Shown piece by piece: positions 17,708-27,160 of a stretch of DNA of 64,000 bases; positions within the stretch are counted from its first letter, which is position 1; every line of letters starts with the position of its first letter. This DNA comes from an uncultured Planctomycetia bacterium. GTDB taxonomy: Bacteria > Omnitrophota > Gorgyraeia > Duberdicusellales > 4484-171. The translations under genes and the position numbers were made by a program. The stretch lies in the NCBI GenBank assembly GCA_964635565.1, contig CAZWON010000002.1, positions 14,936-78,935 of the forward strand, given 5' to 3'. Below the pieces are notes generated by a model, which saw only the letters and a program-made list of their open reading frames with translations, searched no databases and was not told the origin of the DNA.

Positions 17708-18559
17708 TTATATCCCAAATAACCCTCCCTCTTTAAACCGTATGAGAACAGGCCCTCCTATAATAATAATTACAACACCTAAAATAAGAATCAAAGGTAG
17801 AATAATAAGAATTGATGCTCTTATAGCTTGCTTTTCTCCTATTTGAATTCTCCTCTCCCGCGCATCCTCGGAAATAATGTCAAACACCTCGTGGATAGGT
17901 GTCCCCATCCGCTCTGCCTGAATTAATGTATTGGCAAAACTGCGTATTTCAGGAAGATTGATTCGGTTAACCAAGCTTAAAAGAGCCTCCTGCCTTGAGC
18001 GACCCATAATAATTTCATTTACAACAATCCGCAAATGATAAAGTAAGGGATTCATCTGTGTTTTTTCCAGTATCCACCGCAAACCGGAGAGGAAATCAAG
18101 ACCAGCCTCAATACATAACCCTAAAAGATCTATTGTCTCAGGAAGATGTTTTAAAATTTGAAATTTATATTTTTTAACCTTATCTATTAGCCAGATATCC
18201 GGTAAAACAAACCCTACTATACTAAATATAACAATAAGTGTAACATCCGTAGAGTTAGTAATTAAATAAAAACCAAAACCTCCTCCTATAGCAAATATTT
18301 CTTTTATAAACATAAAATCTTCAGGATTAAGGCGAGAATTAATAAATTGCAATTTACTGCGAAAAAAACCTTTAAGCCCCAGGATGCTTAATAAAAAAGT
18401 ATTTAAAGGATAAAATGGTAGGCTTAAAAAAACAATCGGCCTTTTTCTGGTATAATCTATATTTAATCTTTTTAATATAGAAACTTTTTCCTTTCCTGTA
18501 AAGGCTGTAAAAAATAAATACACTGCGGCGACAATAAAAACTATAATTATACCAACCAT
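17708..18559 (-). CDS. tadC: Tad inner-membrane platform protein TadC (T2SSF family)
   Basis: LPETIDLLGLCIEAGLDF and LIQAERMGTPI motifs; follows tadB. Confidence 0.9.
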   Translation of the reverse strand: MVGIIIVFIVAAVYLFFTAFTGKEKVSILKRLNIDYTRKRPIVFLSLPFYPLNTFLLSILGLKGFFRSKLQFINSRLNPEDFMFIKEIFAIGGGFGFYLITNSTDVTLIVIFSIVGFVLPDIWLIDKVKKYKFQILKHLPETIDLLGLCIEAGLDFLSGLRWILEKTQMNPLLYHLRIVVNEIIMGRSRQEALLSLVNRINLPEIRSFANTLIQAERMGTPIHEVFDIISEDARERRIQIGEKQAIRASILIILPLILILGVVIIIIGGPVLIRFKEGGLFGI

Positions 18560-18569
18560 AGCCTCCCCC

Positions 18570-19439
18570 TTAATAATGCACGGTAGTAAAGATTTTGATT
18601 AAAAACAATGCTATCACTTGAAGGACTACCGCTGTTACCAAAAGCATTCTCCCCAAATCGCTCTGAAACATTATCTCAAAATGATGAGGATCCATTTTAT
18701 GCACCACTATAACAAATACAACTGGTAATATAGAGATAATCCCTGCCTGCATTCTCCCTTGAAAAGTCATAATCTTCATCTTATCATTTACTTTTTTTCT
18801 TTCCCGGATAGTCATAATGAGACGGGAAAATACTTTCACCAAGTTACCTCCTGTTTCTTTACCAATCACAATAGCTGTAGTCATAAGTTTTAGATATTCG
18901 GAATTAATCCGTTTGTTTAACATTTTTAAAGATTCCTCTAAAGATGCCCCTATTTTGTGTGCTCTTAATACCAGCTCAAACTCATCCTTTAAAGGAGGAA
19001 TACTGATGCTAACCATTGACTCAATAGCCTGAACAAAACTCAATCCTCCTTTGAGAGCATTGGAAATCTCAACTAAACCATCAATGAGCTGTTCATTAAA
19101 GCTCTCTATTCTTCTTTTTTTAAGTATTCTTAAGAATAAAGATGGAACAACAAAACCAATTGCAATTCCCATCACAGTAGTAAATACTGTCTTGGTCAGT
19201 ATATAGGCTATAATTCCTAGAACAAAAGGAAAAATTATTAAAAAAAATCTCAATTTAGAGGAAGGAGTGTAAAAAATATCTTCCAATTGAGAAGAAAATC
19301 TCTCAACTCTTTTATGGTGCAGATGGCTTATTTTTCTCAAATACTTATAAAAAGGTAAAGAGGGAAATGCCTGCGTAAACAGAAGTACAGCACCTCCTAC
19401 AAAAATGAGCGAGCTTGACAAAAGTAATCCTGGACTCAT
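18570..19439 (-). CDS. tadB: Tad inner-membrane platform protein TadB (T2SSF family)
   Basis: FNEQLIDGLVEISNALKGGLSFVQAI and ETGGNLVKVF motifs. Confidence 0.9.
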   Translation of the reverse strand: MSPGLLLSSSLIFVGGAVLLFTQAFPSLPFYKYLRKISHLHHKRVERFSSQLEDIFYTPSSKLRFFLIIFPFVLGIIAYILTKTVFTTVMGIAIGFVVPSLFLRILKKRRIESFNEQLIDGLVEISNALKGGLSFVQAIESMVSISIPPLKDEFELVLRAHKIGASLEESLKMLNKRINSEYLKLMTTAIVIGKETGGNLVKVFSRLIMTIRERKKVNDKMKIMTFQGRMQAGIISILPVVFVIVVHKMDPHHFEIMFQSDLGRMLLVTAVVLQVIALFLIKIFTTVHY

Positions 19440-19448
19440 TATTCCTCC

Positions 19449-19637
19449 TTAAGGCTGGTATTGACGACCATAACCAAACACATCAACTGAGGCTTTCCAC
19501 TTCCCGCAAATTGCTTTTTTCAAATAACCCTGCACCATAATTAGTGCTAACACTATAGTTAGGATAAATACCCCATACTCTATAAGAGAAACTGCTCTTT
19601 TATTTTGTAATTGTCTGGTCTCTAATTTGTGTAACAT
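19449..19637 (-). CDS. Flp-like pilin (array member 11)
   Basis: NKRAVSLIEYGVFILTIVLALIMVQGYLKKAICG. Confidence 0.8.
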   Translation of the reverse strand: MLHKLETRQLQNKRAVSLIEYGVFILTIVLALIMVQGYLKKAICGKWKASVDVFGYGRQYQP

Positions 19638-19917
19638 CTTCCTCTATATTCTCGACAGTTACTAACCCTAAATAATTCTCTCCATTTATGGTGACATTAT
19701 CTATATAACTATTCGTTGTACTATAAGAAGTTACGCTATAAGTAGAAATTGAATTTATCCCTTCTGTATCATACAACATCCCTAAGGAGTCTGATTGTGT
19801 TTTAACTCTTCCTGAATAAGCTCTTTTTAAATAAATACTCATCAGAACCAAACTGGCAGATATCACAGCAACCATCACACTATACTCCAATAATGTCTGG
19901 CTTCTTTTAATCTTCAT
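19600..19917 (-). CDS. Flp-like pilin (array member 10)
   Basis: KRSQTLLEYSVMVAVISASLVLMSIYLKRAYSGR. Confidence 0.85.
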   Translation of the reverse strand: MKIKRSQTLLEYSVMVAVISASLVLMSIYLKRAYSGRVKTQSDSLGMLYDTEGINSISTYSVTSYSTTNSYIDNVTINGENYLGLVTVENIEEDVTQIRDQTITK

Positions 19918-20239
19918 GCTCTATTTCTCCTTGCCAGGATGAAGAAGTTGCTTCTATAGAGACCTTGCTCTCTGAATCTATCATATGGGCGGTTGCGTTT
20001 TCCTCTATGGTTTTATTTTCATTGCTCTCAGTTGTTGTCTGGGAACCTAAGCTGAAACTTTTTTTAGGATTGAACTCTATAGAATACTGTTTTCCCTCGC
20101 TCATTTGATCAGCCTGATATTTCACTACAGACTGAATACTTCTCTTTATATAAGTCTGCATACTAATTACTGCTGCTGTAAGAACACTTACTAAAATTAC
20201 ATATTCACCAATAGACTGTGTTTTTAGCTTTACTCCCAT
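19907..20239 (-). CDS. Flp-like pilin (array member 9)
   Basis: LKTQSIGEYVILVSVLTAAVISMQTYIKRSIQ. Confidence 0.85.
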   Translation of the reverse strand: MGVKLKTQSIGEYVILVSVLTAAVISMQTYIKRSIQSVVKYQADQMSEGKQYSIEFNPKKSFSLGSQTTTESNENKTIEENATAHMIDSESKVSIEATSSSWQGEIEHED

Positions 20240-20706
20240 AAATTTTCTTGTTTTAAACTCACTCCTGAAAAACTGTCTGTATAGCTTGTTTTTGTATACT
20301 CGTCTTCCAATAGCTCATCTTTAACTTCTCCATTAAACTGAAAAGTCCTTCTTGTATGAGAAAAAGAATGGGTTGATTTTACAAGATTACTATGTGAAGG
20401 AGAAAACTGAATTCCTAAAGCATTAGCATCTTTCATTAATCTTCCTTGATTGGCTGTTTTTATATAGACAAAAGAAATCACCATAGAAACCCCAATTAAA
20501 GCAATCAATACCCCATATTCAATTATAGCCATAGCTTTTCCAGATTCTTTTCTTTTTTTTGTATAGCCAAAAGAAGATATGTGTGTGCTGTAATTATTAA
20601 TAATTTTTCTAATACCCTTGTTCAATTTTAATCTCCCTCTCTCTGAATTTCTTAGAAATATCTTCTCAGAACCTAAAATAGCTTTTAGTCTAGAAAGCAT
20701 TACCAC
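20230..20706 (-). CDS. Flp-like pilin with long basic leader (array member 8); start uncertain
   Basis: GKAMAIIEYGVLIALIGVSMVISFVYIKTANQGR after about 57 aa of leader. Confidence 0.7.
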   Translation of the reverse strand: MVMLSRLKAILGSEKIFLRNSERGRLKLNKGIRKIINNYSTHISSFGYTKKRKESGKAMAIIEYGVLIALIGVSMVISFVYIKTANQGRLMKDANALGIQFSPSHSNLVKSTHSFSHTRRTFQFNGEVKDELLEDEYTKTSYTDSFSGVSLKQENLWE

Positions 20707-20709
20707 CTT

Positions 20710-21033
20710 CTAATTCCACCCATCATCCTGAGTTGAATCTATTCCTGTTATCCTCTGGCCCCTCGTAGTTGTATTAGTAGAAAATGTATGTTGTATATCC
20801 GAAGCGCTATGACTTTCCTTACTTTCCTGATAAGTTTCTGTCTCTATATTCTCAAAGATATAATATGGGGTATACTGGCGAGGCACCCCTGCTATCTCTG
20901 TTACAAAATCACTTGCTCCTTTTAATCTTGCCTGATAACCCCTTTTAATAAAAGTCTGCATAGCGATAAAAGCACTTATCACTACTCCTACTAAAAGGGC
21001 ATATTCAGTTATGCTCTGTGCTTTCTTATTCAT
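20710..21033 (-). CDS. Flp-like pilin (array member 7)
   Basis: MNKKAQSITEYALLVGVVISAFIAMQTFIKRGYQARLK. Confidence 0.85.
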   Translation of the reverse strand: MNKKAQSITEYALLVGVVISAFIAMQTFIKRGYQARLKGASDFVTEIAGVPRQYTPYYIFENIETETYQESKESHSASDIQHTFSTNTTTRGQRITGIDSTQDDGWN

Positions 21034-21035
21034 TA

Positions 21036-21197
21036 TCAATGGTCTCCAATAATATGTGATATTTTATCTCCCAAGGCATTATAGTAAGTATCAAGCCCAT
21101 TTTTAATAGAGCCCTTAAATCCTATTATCAAAGCCAAAATAATAGCAGTAACCATCAAAAGATACTCTACTGTAGCCTGACAACTTTTACTACACAT
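21036..21197 (-). CDS. Flp-like pilin, 53 aa (array member 6; not in ORF track)
   Basis: Manual translation MCSKSCQATVEYLLMVTAIILALIIGFKGSIKNGLDTYYNALGDKISHIIGDH*; fills the gap between its neighbours. Confidence 0.85.
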   Translation of the reverse strand: MCSKSCQATVEYLLMVTAIILALIIGFKGSIKNGLDTYYNALGDKISHIIGDH

Positions 21198-21199
21198 AC

Positions 21200-21574
21200 T
21201 TACTCACTCCAAATATCAGATTCATTACCTTTAAGGTTGTAATTGATTCCCCAGTCTTTCTTACTGACCTGCCCTCCCTTATAATTGAGATCTATCTCGC
21301 TCTCTAAGCCTAATCCGCTATCAACCAATTGTGATTCTGACCAGTATCCACTACCAATAGCATCACTTGACCCTGTGGTTTCATTTGAACTGGCCTGATC
21401 CCAGCTATTGCTCGTATAGTTTGCTCCAAAATGTTCAGTGCTTATGCTATCTGCGGAACTCTTAAATCTACCACTAATAGCTTGTTTCACGTATCTCTGT
21501 GCTATTATTACAGCAGCAAGAAAGACAGCAATTAACACTGCATATTCTGTCATACTTTGTGCCTTTTTTCTCAT
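21200..21574 (-). CDS. Flp-like pilin (array member 5)
   Basis: Start reassigned to ATG 21574 behind GGAGGTG; MRKKAQSMTEYAVLIAVFLAAVIIAQRYVKQAISGRFK. Confidence 0.85.
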   Translation of the reverse strand: MRKKAQSMTEYAVLIAVFLAAVIIAQRYVKQAISGRFKSSADSISTEHFGANYTSNSWDQASSNETTGSSDAIGSGYWSESQLVDSGLGLESEIDLNYKGGQVSKKDWGINYNLKGNESDIWSE

Positions 21575-21608
21575 TCTCTCACCTCCGCTCTGTATTTCTT
21601 CTATTACA

Positions 21609-22007
21609 TTACCTCTCTTCTTCCCATAAGTTATCAGCGGTATCACGAAGCGCATGCTGTTTAGAAAATCCCCCACTTCCTCTTCCACTAATCTCACTGC
21701 CACTGATATTAGCTACATAATCATTATTTACGTTGATATCGGTTTTACTGGCCTGTTGAGTTTGATATTGTGATTCTAAATAGTAAGGTTCGTACTGCTT
21801 TATGCTCTTAAACTCTGCTGTTACGTCTGTCATATTTTCAGCTGTCATTGTAAAAGACGGCTGAGTCAAAGCATTTACTCCTGCAGCTGTTCGAGCCTGT
21901 AAACCACGTTTGATATATACCTGCATTGCCACTGCCGCAGAAATAACCACACCCAGAATAATTGCATATTCCGCTGTTGATTGAGCTTTTTTTATCCTTA
22001 TTAACAT
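21609..22007 (-). CDS. Flp-like pilin (array member 4)
   Basis: KKAQSTAEYAIILGVVISAAVAMQVYIKRGLQAR...QYEPYY. Confidence 0.85.
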   Translation of the reverse strand: MLIRIKKAQSTAEYAIILGVVISAAVAMQVYIKRGLQARTAAGVNALTQPSFTMTAENMTDVTAEFKSIKQYEPYYLESQYQTQQASKTDINVNNDYVANISGSEISGRGSGGFSKQHALRDTADNLWEEER

Positions 22008-22032
22008 ATTACCCCCCTTTTTTTATGGAATA

Positions 22033-22230
22033 CTACTCCTCACTTAACCCCATTTTACTGCTTATCTCAGTAGAAGCTTTGTCAATAATCTGTCCTGCAG
22101 TATCTGCCATCTTCTCTGCTTTAGGCTTAATAACACTCTTGGCAGCATAAATAAATGCTAATATCAATGCGGCAGCAAGTAAAGTATATTCCACAGTAGA
22201 TTGGCCGTTTTTCTTTAACTTCATAAACAT
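22033..22230 (-). CDS. Short Flp-like pilin, candidate major pilin (array member 3)
   Basis: ATG 22230 behind AAGGAGGT; KKNGQSTVEYTLLAAALILAFIYAA. Confidence 0.85.
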   Translation of the reverse strand: MFMKLKKNGQSTVEYTLLAAALILAFIYAAKSVIKPKAEKMADTAGQIIDKASTEISSKMGLSEE

Positions 22231-22249
22231 AAAACTACCTCCTTTTATT

Positions 22250-22414
22250 TTAAGATGCTTCACTTTCTGCTTCTATATTAATCTGATCCTCAATAAGCTT
22301 AAGATTTGCCTGCGTCGCTCTCTGGACATAAACACTCATTGCCACAATAGCTGCAGCTACAACACTTACTAACATTATATACTCAACAATACTCTGAGAA
22401 GCTCTTTTCACCAT
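22250..22414 (-). CDS. Flp-like pilin, 54 aa (array member 2; not in ORF track)
   Basis: Manual translation MVKRASQSIVEYIMLVSVVAAAIVAMSVYVQRATQANLKLIEDQINIEAESEAS*. Confidence 0.85.
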   Translation of the reverse strand: MVKRASQSIVEYIMLVSVVAAAIVAMSVYVQRATQANLKLIEDQINIEAESEAS

Positions 22415-22415
22415 C

Positions 22416-22595
22416 CTACTTTACCCCCATCTCTTCCATCTTTCTAACAAAGAAATCTTCGCTTTCTTCTTTTACTCTCTGGATAGCATTATTAAAACCC
22501 AAAACCGTTAAAATAATAATCAAAGCAAACGCTAAGAAATATTCAACTACTGCTTGAGCTTTTCTTTTCCTTTGAATATTTTTATCTGACCTCAT
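22416..22595 (-). CDS. Flp-like pilin, 59 aa (array member 1; not in ORF track)
   Basis: Manual translation MRSDKNIQRKRKAQAVVEYFLAFALIIILTVLGFNNAIQRVKEESEDFFVRKMEEMGVK*. Confidence 0.85.
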   Translation of the reverse strand: MRSDKNIQRKRKAQAVVEYFLAFALIIILTVLGFNNAIQRVKEESEDFFVRKMEEMGVK

Positions 22596-23370
22596 TCTAT
22601 TCTAATTACCCCTCTATTTTAGAAACAAAAACGATTTACTCCCTCTTTCTGTTATTCATCCACACTGTTATTACAAATAAATACTCGCTTTTTAAGATTA
22701 TTCTTTTATTGCCTCCCGCTGACCACTTCAATATAACATATTAAATAATAGAAAAACAAGGGAAAGGAACATTTTAATGAAAGCGTTTTCTTATCTGAGA
22801 AAATATAATTAGTTAGTATGATTAATTATTCTAATAGACAATAAAAAGATAACAAAAAGGGGATAATTTCGGATATATTAAAGCTAACAGGCTCAACTCT
22901 TCTCTATTCTATTTTTAGGCCTATTTTTAGGCCTAAATATAGGCTTTGTAGAAATACTCATACGCTTTTGGATAATTTTTCTTCTCTAAATATACTCTTC
23001 TTAGTATCCTTTACTCTTATAGAAAAATAAAAATGCTATCCACAGAAGTAAATTTAACTTCGCTCTTATTATGAATCCTTTAAGAAACAACATTTACCTG
23101 CTAAAACATAAATTTTCTATTAGAAGTAACGGGTTTGATGTCTTGGCTATAGGAATTAATACTCTTTTATCAGAAAGAAAAAACTCAAAAGGGGAATAAC
23201 AAGAGCTTCTTTATAAAATCTTGCCAAAGCAAATCTATTTTTAATTAGAGAACTTCATTTGAAACATTATTGCTGGCGAAATAGTTAATCCCGCAAGCAT
23301 TATAATAAAAAGAATAAAGTCAACTTTCTTCAACATATTCTACTTATTATTTATATCTTTTCTATCTTTT

Positions 23371-25539
23371 TTAGGTATGAGGAGAAAAAATATCAGAAGA
23401 GAGTTTAATGTCTCGCGAGACAATCTCATCATAGAATGTGGGAATATAACCGGTTGGAGAAAAATCGCCAACAATCTCACCGCCAGGAGCAACACCTTTT
23501 TGTTTAAAAACAAATATATCTTTTAAGTTGGGTCTGCCATTGGGTGTTAATCCTGCGAGTTCAGTAATCTGAATAACTTTTCGTGAACCATCGGATAAAC
23601 GAGCGGTGTGGACAATTAAATCTATGGCAGAGGCAATTGTTTCTTCAATTGCTCTTAAAGGTAACTCTATGCCACTCATAAGAACCATATTATCTAATCG
23701 GATAATAACTTCATGGGTAGAATTAGCATGGATAGTTGATAATGAACCATCGTGCCCTGTATTCATTGCCTGAAGCATATCTAAAACTTCTTTACCCCGA
23801 CACTCCCCAACAATTATTCTATCCGGGCGCATACGTAATGCATTTCTGAATAACTCCCTTATAGTAACTTCTCCTTTACCTTCTATATTAGGAGACCGTG
23901 CCTCTAATCGAATCCAATGGGTTTGAGACAACTTAAGTTCTGCGGTATCCTCAATAGTTATAATGCGCTCGTTAACAGGTATATAGGTAGAGAGAATATT
24001 TAAAAGGGTTGTTTTGCCAGAACCAGTTCCTCCTGAGATTAAAATATTCTTCCGGGCCATAACTACTGCTTCTAAAAATTCCCCCATTTGTGGTGTAAGA
24101 GACTTAAATCTGTTAATCAATTCTTCCATTCCTAATCTTTTGTAAGGAAATTTTCGAATAGTAAGGGTAGGTCCACTTAAAGATAAAGGAGGGATTATGG
24201 CATTCACCCTCGAACCATCAGGAAGACGTGCATCTACATAAGGAGAAAATTCATCAATCCGTCTTCCCAAAGGAGCAAGGATTCTATCAATAATTAACTT
24301 CACTTGTTCATTTGAGATAAACCGTTTGCTGGTAAGTTCGATTTTACCATTTTTCTCAATAAAGACTTGGTCCATATTGTTTACCATTATTTCAGTGATA
24401 TTGGGATCGCGTATCAAATCCTCCAAAGGACCCAACCCTAAAGCTTCATCAACAATCTCTTGAACCAATTTTCTTCTTATCTCCAAAGAAGAAATGAAGC
24501 TTTGAGTTTCTTCTATTAAAATATTATTTACGACTCTTTCTGCTGTTTCTCTTAATTCCTTAGACTTATCTGTATCTAACATTAAAACTTCTACAGGCAT
24601 CCTCTTCAGGTCCATTCGCTCAATTAATTTCCGGTGAACTTTTTCTTTTAAGGTTATAATTGGGTCTTCCTCTCTTGTCTTAACTTGAAGAGGCTCCACT
24701 AATCCCAGATTAACTAATAAACTACTTCCTCCATCAATTACCTCTGCGGGTCTCTTTCTAAGCTTAAGTTCAGACAGCTCTTTTGTAGGAAGATAAATAT
24801 CCTCTCTTTCTAAAAGCTCATCTGCTAATTTCTTTATAGCTAAAGTTACACTACTACGGGAATTATCTAAAACTACAGGAATACCTTTATTTAAAGCAAC
24901 TCCTACAGATTTTCCTTCCGAAGGAATCTGAGAAAAAATCTCTACAGGAAAAACCATCTTTACTTCTCCTACATCCACTCCTCCTCTACTCTCTGCCCTA
25001 TTAAGAATAATTTTTAACATTTTTAAAGGAAAATATAAACTCTGTAAAGTATCCAATATCCACTCAGTATGATAAACGGAAAGGATATCAGGAGTTACTA
25101 TAAGAAATATCAAATTAGAATTATTAAAAATTTTCACCAAATTATCGCTTAGACTTCTACCGCCGTCTATAATAATAAAGTCATAATCCAATTTTTGAAA
25201 TAAGGTTAAGAATTCTTCAATATGTTGGGGTTTAATATGATGAATTAATCTTAAGGAAGATGCTGCTGACAAAAAATCAAGAGAAGAATTTAAAGAAGTA
25301 AAGAAACTTTTTACATCTTTCTTGCCTCCCATAATTTCTTTAGTGTGAGCAATTAAATCTATCAGGGTCCTTTGAGGCTTTATATTAGCCATTTTCACCA
25401 TATCTAAGGGGGCATTCAGGTCTAACGATATAAGTAGAATTTTTTTCTTCTGTAAAGAAAGGCTAACCGCAACATTAAGAGTAACCATGGTTGTACCCAC
25501 GCCACCTTTTGTGCTAAAAAATACAACTGTCTTTGTCAT
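23371..25539 (-). CDS. tadA: Fused TadZ/CpaE (MinD-like) and TadA/CpaF pilus ATPase
   Basis: N-terminal STKGGVGTT MinD-like domain; C-terminal GLGPLE, GGTGSGKTT, ITIED, RPDRIIVGE, MNTGHDG, TIHAN. Confidence 0.92.
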   Translation of the reverse strand: MTKTVVFFSTKGGVGTTMVTLNVAVSLSLQKKKILLISLDLNAPLDMVKMANIKPQRTLIDLIAHTKEIMGGKKDVKSFFTSLNSSLDFLSAASSLRLIHHIKPQHIEEFLTLFQKLDYDFIIIDGGRSLSDNLVKIFNNSNLIFLIVTPDILSVYHTEWILDTLQSLYFPLKMLKIILNRAESRGGVDVGEVKMVFPVEIFSQIPSEGKSVGVALNKGIPVVLDNSRSSVTLAIKKLADELLEREDIYLPTKELSELKLRKRPAEVIDGGSSLLVNLGLVEPLQVKTREEDPIITLKEKVHRKLIERMDLKRMPVEVLMLDTDKSKELRETAERVVNNILIEETQSFISSLEIRRKLVQEIVDEALGLGPLEDLIRDPNITEIMVNNMDQVFIEKNGKIELTSKRFISNEQVKLIIDRILAPLGRRIDEFSPYVDARLPDGSRVNAIIPPLSLSGPTLTIRKFPYKRLGMEELINRFKSLTPQMGEFLEAVVMARKNILISGGTGSGKTTLLNILSTYIPVNERIITIEDTAELKLSQTHWIRLEARSPNIEGKGEVTIRELFRNALRMRPDRIIVGECRGKEVLDMLQAMNTGHDGSLSTIHANSTHEVIIRLDNMVLMSGIELPLRAIEETIASAIDLIVHTARLSDGSRKVIQITELAGLTPNGRPNLKDIFVFKQKGVAPGGEIVGDFSPTGYIPTFYDEIVSRDIKLSSDIFSPHT

Positions 25540-25543
25540 AAAT

Positions 25544-27160
25544 TCATCTTTCTGCTCTATACACTATGGGGACTTCAATATTTACCTCTTCCAAACGCAT
25601 CTGGGGAGAAAAAGGAGGGTAAGATAATTTTCTTACTACTTTTAATGCTTCTTCGTCAAATATCTTATAGCCTGAAGAACGAACAATACTTACATCTTTA
25701 AGTTCTCCTGCGGATGATAGTCTTAAAGATAAAACCAAATTCCCTTCCCACCCTGTATGTCGTAACACGCGAGGATAAGAAATATTACTTAAAATTCTTC
25801 TCTGAACCTGATAAGCATACTCTTTAAACTCATCCGGAATATTAGTCTGGCCGTACAATTTAAATATCCCCCTTTTTGTGGAAAATTCTTCCTGCAAAAA
25901 ATCATCTTCTTTGTCCGCTTTGCTTTCCATATTAATAATATGAGGAGTTAAAGTAATAAAAAGTTCAGTATTTCCCCTTTGACCTGCACCCCCTCCTATA
26001 CTTATGGATCTGTGTCTGAAAAAAGCTCCTAATACAGGAAGGTCTGCTAACCAGGGAAATCTTTTTAAATCCTCATCTGTCTTTTCCTTTATAAGTCCTC
26101 CTATAGAAAGAGTTGCTTTATCTCTTAAAGAAACCTCTGTAGAGATTATCCTCTTTGTTAAAGGATATGCTTTAGCTGTAGGAGCATCAGGATCCCCTAT
26201 AGTTTCTACCGGTTGTAATTCGCTTACTTCTATATCCAATTTAATATCCACCTTATCTCTATTGACTACTTTGGGTTCAATATTTAACTTTATTCCATAT
26301 TCTTTATATTCAATATTAGTACCCTCTCCTTCAGAAGAAACTTCTGTAGCAAAAATGGGAACTTCTCCTCCTATAAGAAGGCTAGCGGTTTTACCGCTTC
26401 TACACACCAATCGGGGACGAGACAAAATTCTTGCCTCGCCTTTCTGAATTAATAAATCTAATGTGAAGCTAAAAGCAGAGCGTGTCCAGTCAGAAACGTG
26501 AAGTAATGCTGAAAGACCTGTTACTGCCTGGACAGTTGGCCCGCTTGACTCTGTAAACTTAATAGCACTGGGCATATCAAACCCTAAGGTTCTAACGGCA
26601 TCTTTGCTTAATTCTAACACCTGCACTTCAATCTCTACACTTGATTCTTCTTCCCGCACATTAATAAAATCTAAAACTTTATCTTTAAGTTTCCCTAATG
26701 CTGCCATAAGTCTATTTTTCTCTTCTTCTGTTTTTACTTCTCCTTTTAGCAAAACCTTATTCTCGCTGTCTAAGGCTTTGGTATAAATATTTAAAAACCC
26801 TATATTTTTTAAAAGATTATCAATTCTTTTCTTAATCAATGCCATATTCTCCTTATATACTTTAACTTCTATACTGTGGTGCCCAAATTTATCCCACCAG
26901 TTAAAAGAAGTTTCTCCTTCGGTTTTACCTACAATAGTTATATCTTTTTCTGTAACATTAACCACATCTATTACCTCAGGATTACCAATAGCAATACGCT
27001 GGGGGCTGTTTACAGAAATTACTTTCTGTTCATTTACATATAAAACAAGAGTTGTTTCATCGCTACTAAATAAATCCTGGAAATTTTGAGAAAAAAGAAA
27101 TGAACTGTTTCCTAAAAATATTACACAAAAAAGAATAATCTTTAAATATGTTTTTTTCAT
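25544..27160 (-). CDS. RcpA/CpaC-type secretin fused to a C-terminal TonB_C-like domain
   Basis: Signal peptide; IAIGNPEVIDV pilus-N domain; GEARILSRPRL, GGEVPI, YKEYGIKL, PWLADLPVLGAFF secretin motifs; C-terminal YPRVLRHTGWEG...SSGYKIFDEEAL...PPF TonB_C pattern. Confidence 0.85.
   Translation of the reverse strand: MKKTYLKIILFCVIFLGNSSFLFSQNFQDLFSSDETTLVLYVNEQKVISVNSPQRIAIGNPEVIDVVNVTEKDITIVGKTEGETSFNWWDKFGHHSIEVKVYKENMALIKKRIDNLLKNIGFLNIYTKALDSENKVLLKGEVKTEEEKNRLMAALGKLKDKVLDFINVREEESSVEIEVQVLELSKDAVRTLGFDMPSAIKFTESSGPTVQAVTGLSALLHVSDWTRSAFSFTLDLLIQKGEARILSRPRLVCRSGKTASLLIGGEVPIFATEVSSEGEGTNIEYKEYGIKLNIEPKVVNRDKVDIKLDIEVSELQPVETIGDPDAPTAKAYPLTKRIISTEVSLRDKATLSIGGLIKEKTDEDLKRFPWLADLPVLGAFFRHRSISIGGGAGQRGNTELFITLTPHIINMESKADKEDDFLQEEFSTKRGIFKLYGQTNIPDEFKEYAYQVQRRILSNISYPRVLRHTGWEGNLVLSLRLSSAGELKDVSIVRSSGYKIFDEEALKVVRKLSYPPFSPQMRLEEVNIEVPIVYRAER

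Noticed and set aside
21575-21703. N-terminal extension of ORF 21200..21703
   Set aside because: Overlaps the upstream pilin gene; strong RBS before ATG 21574.
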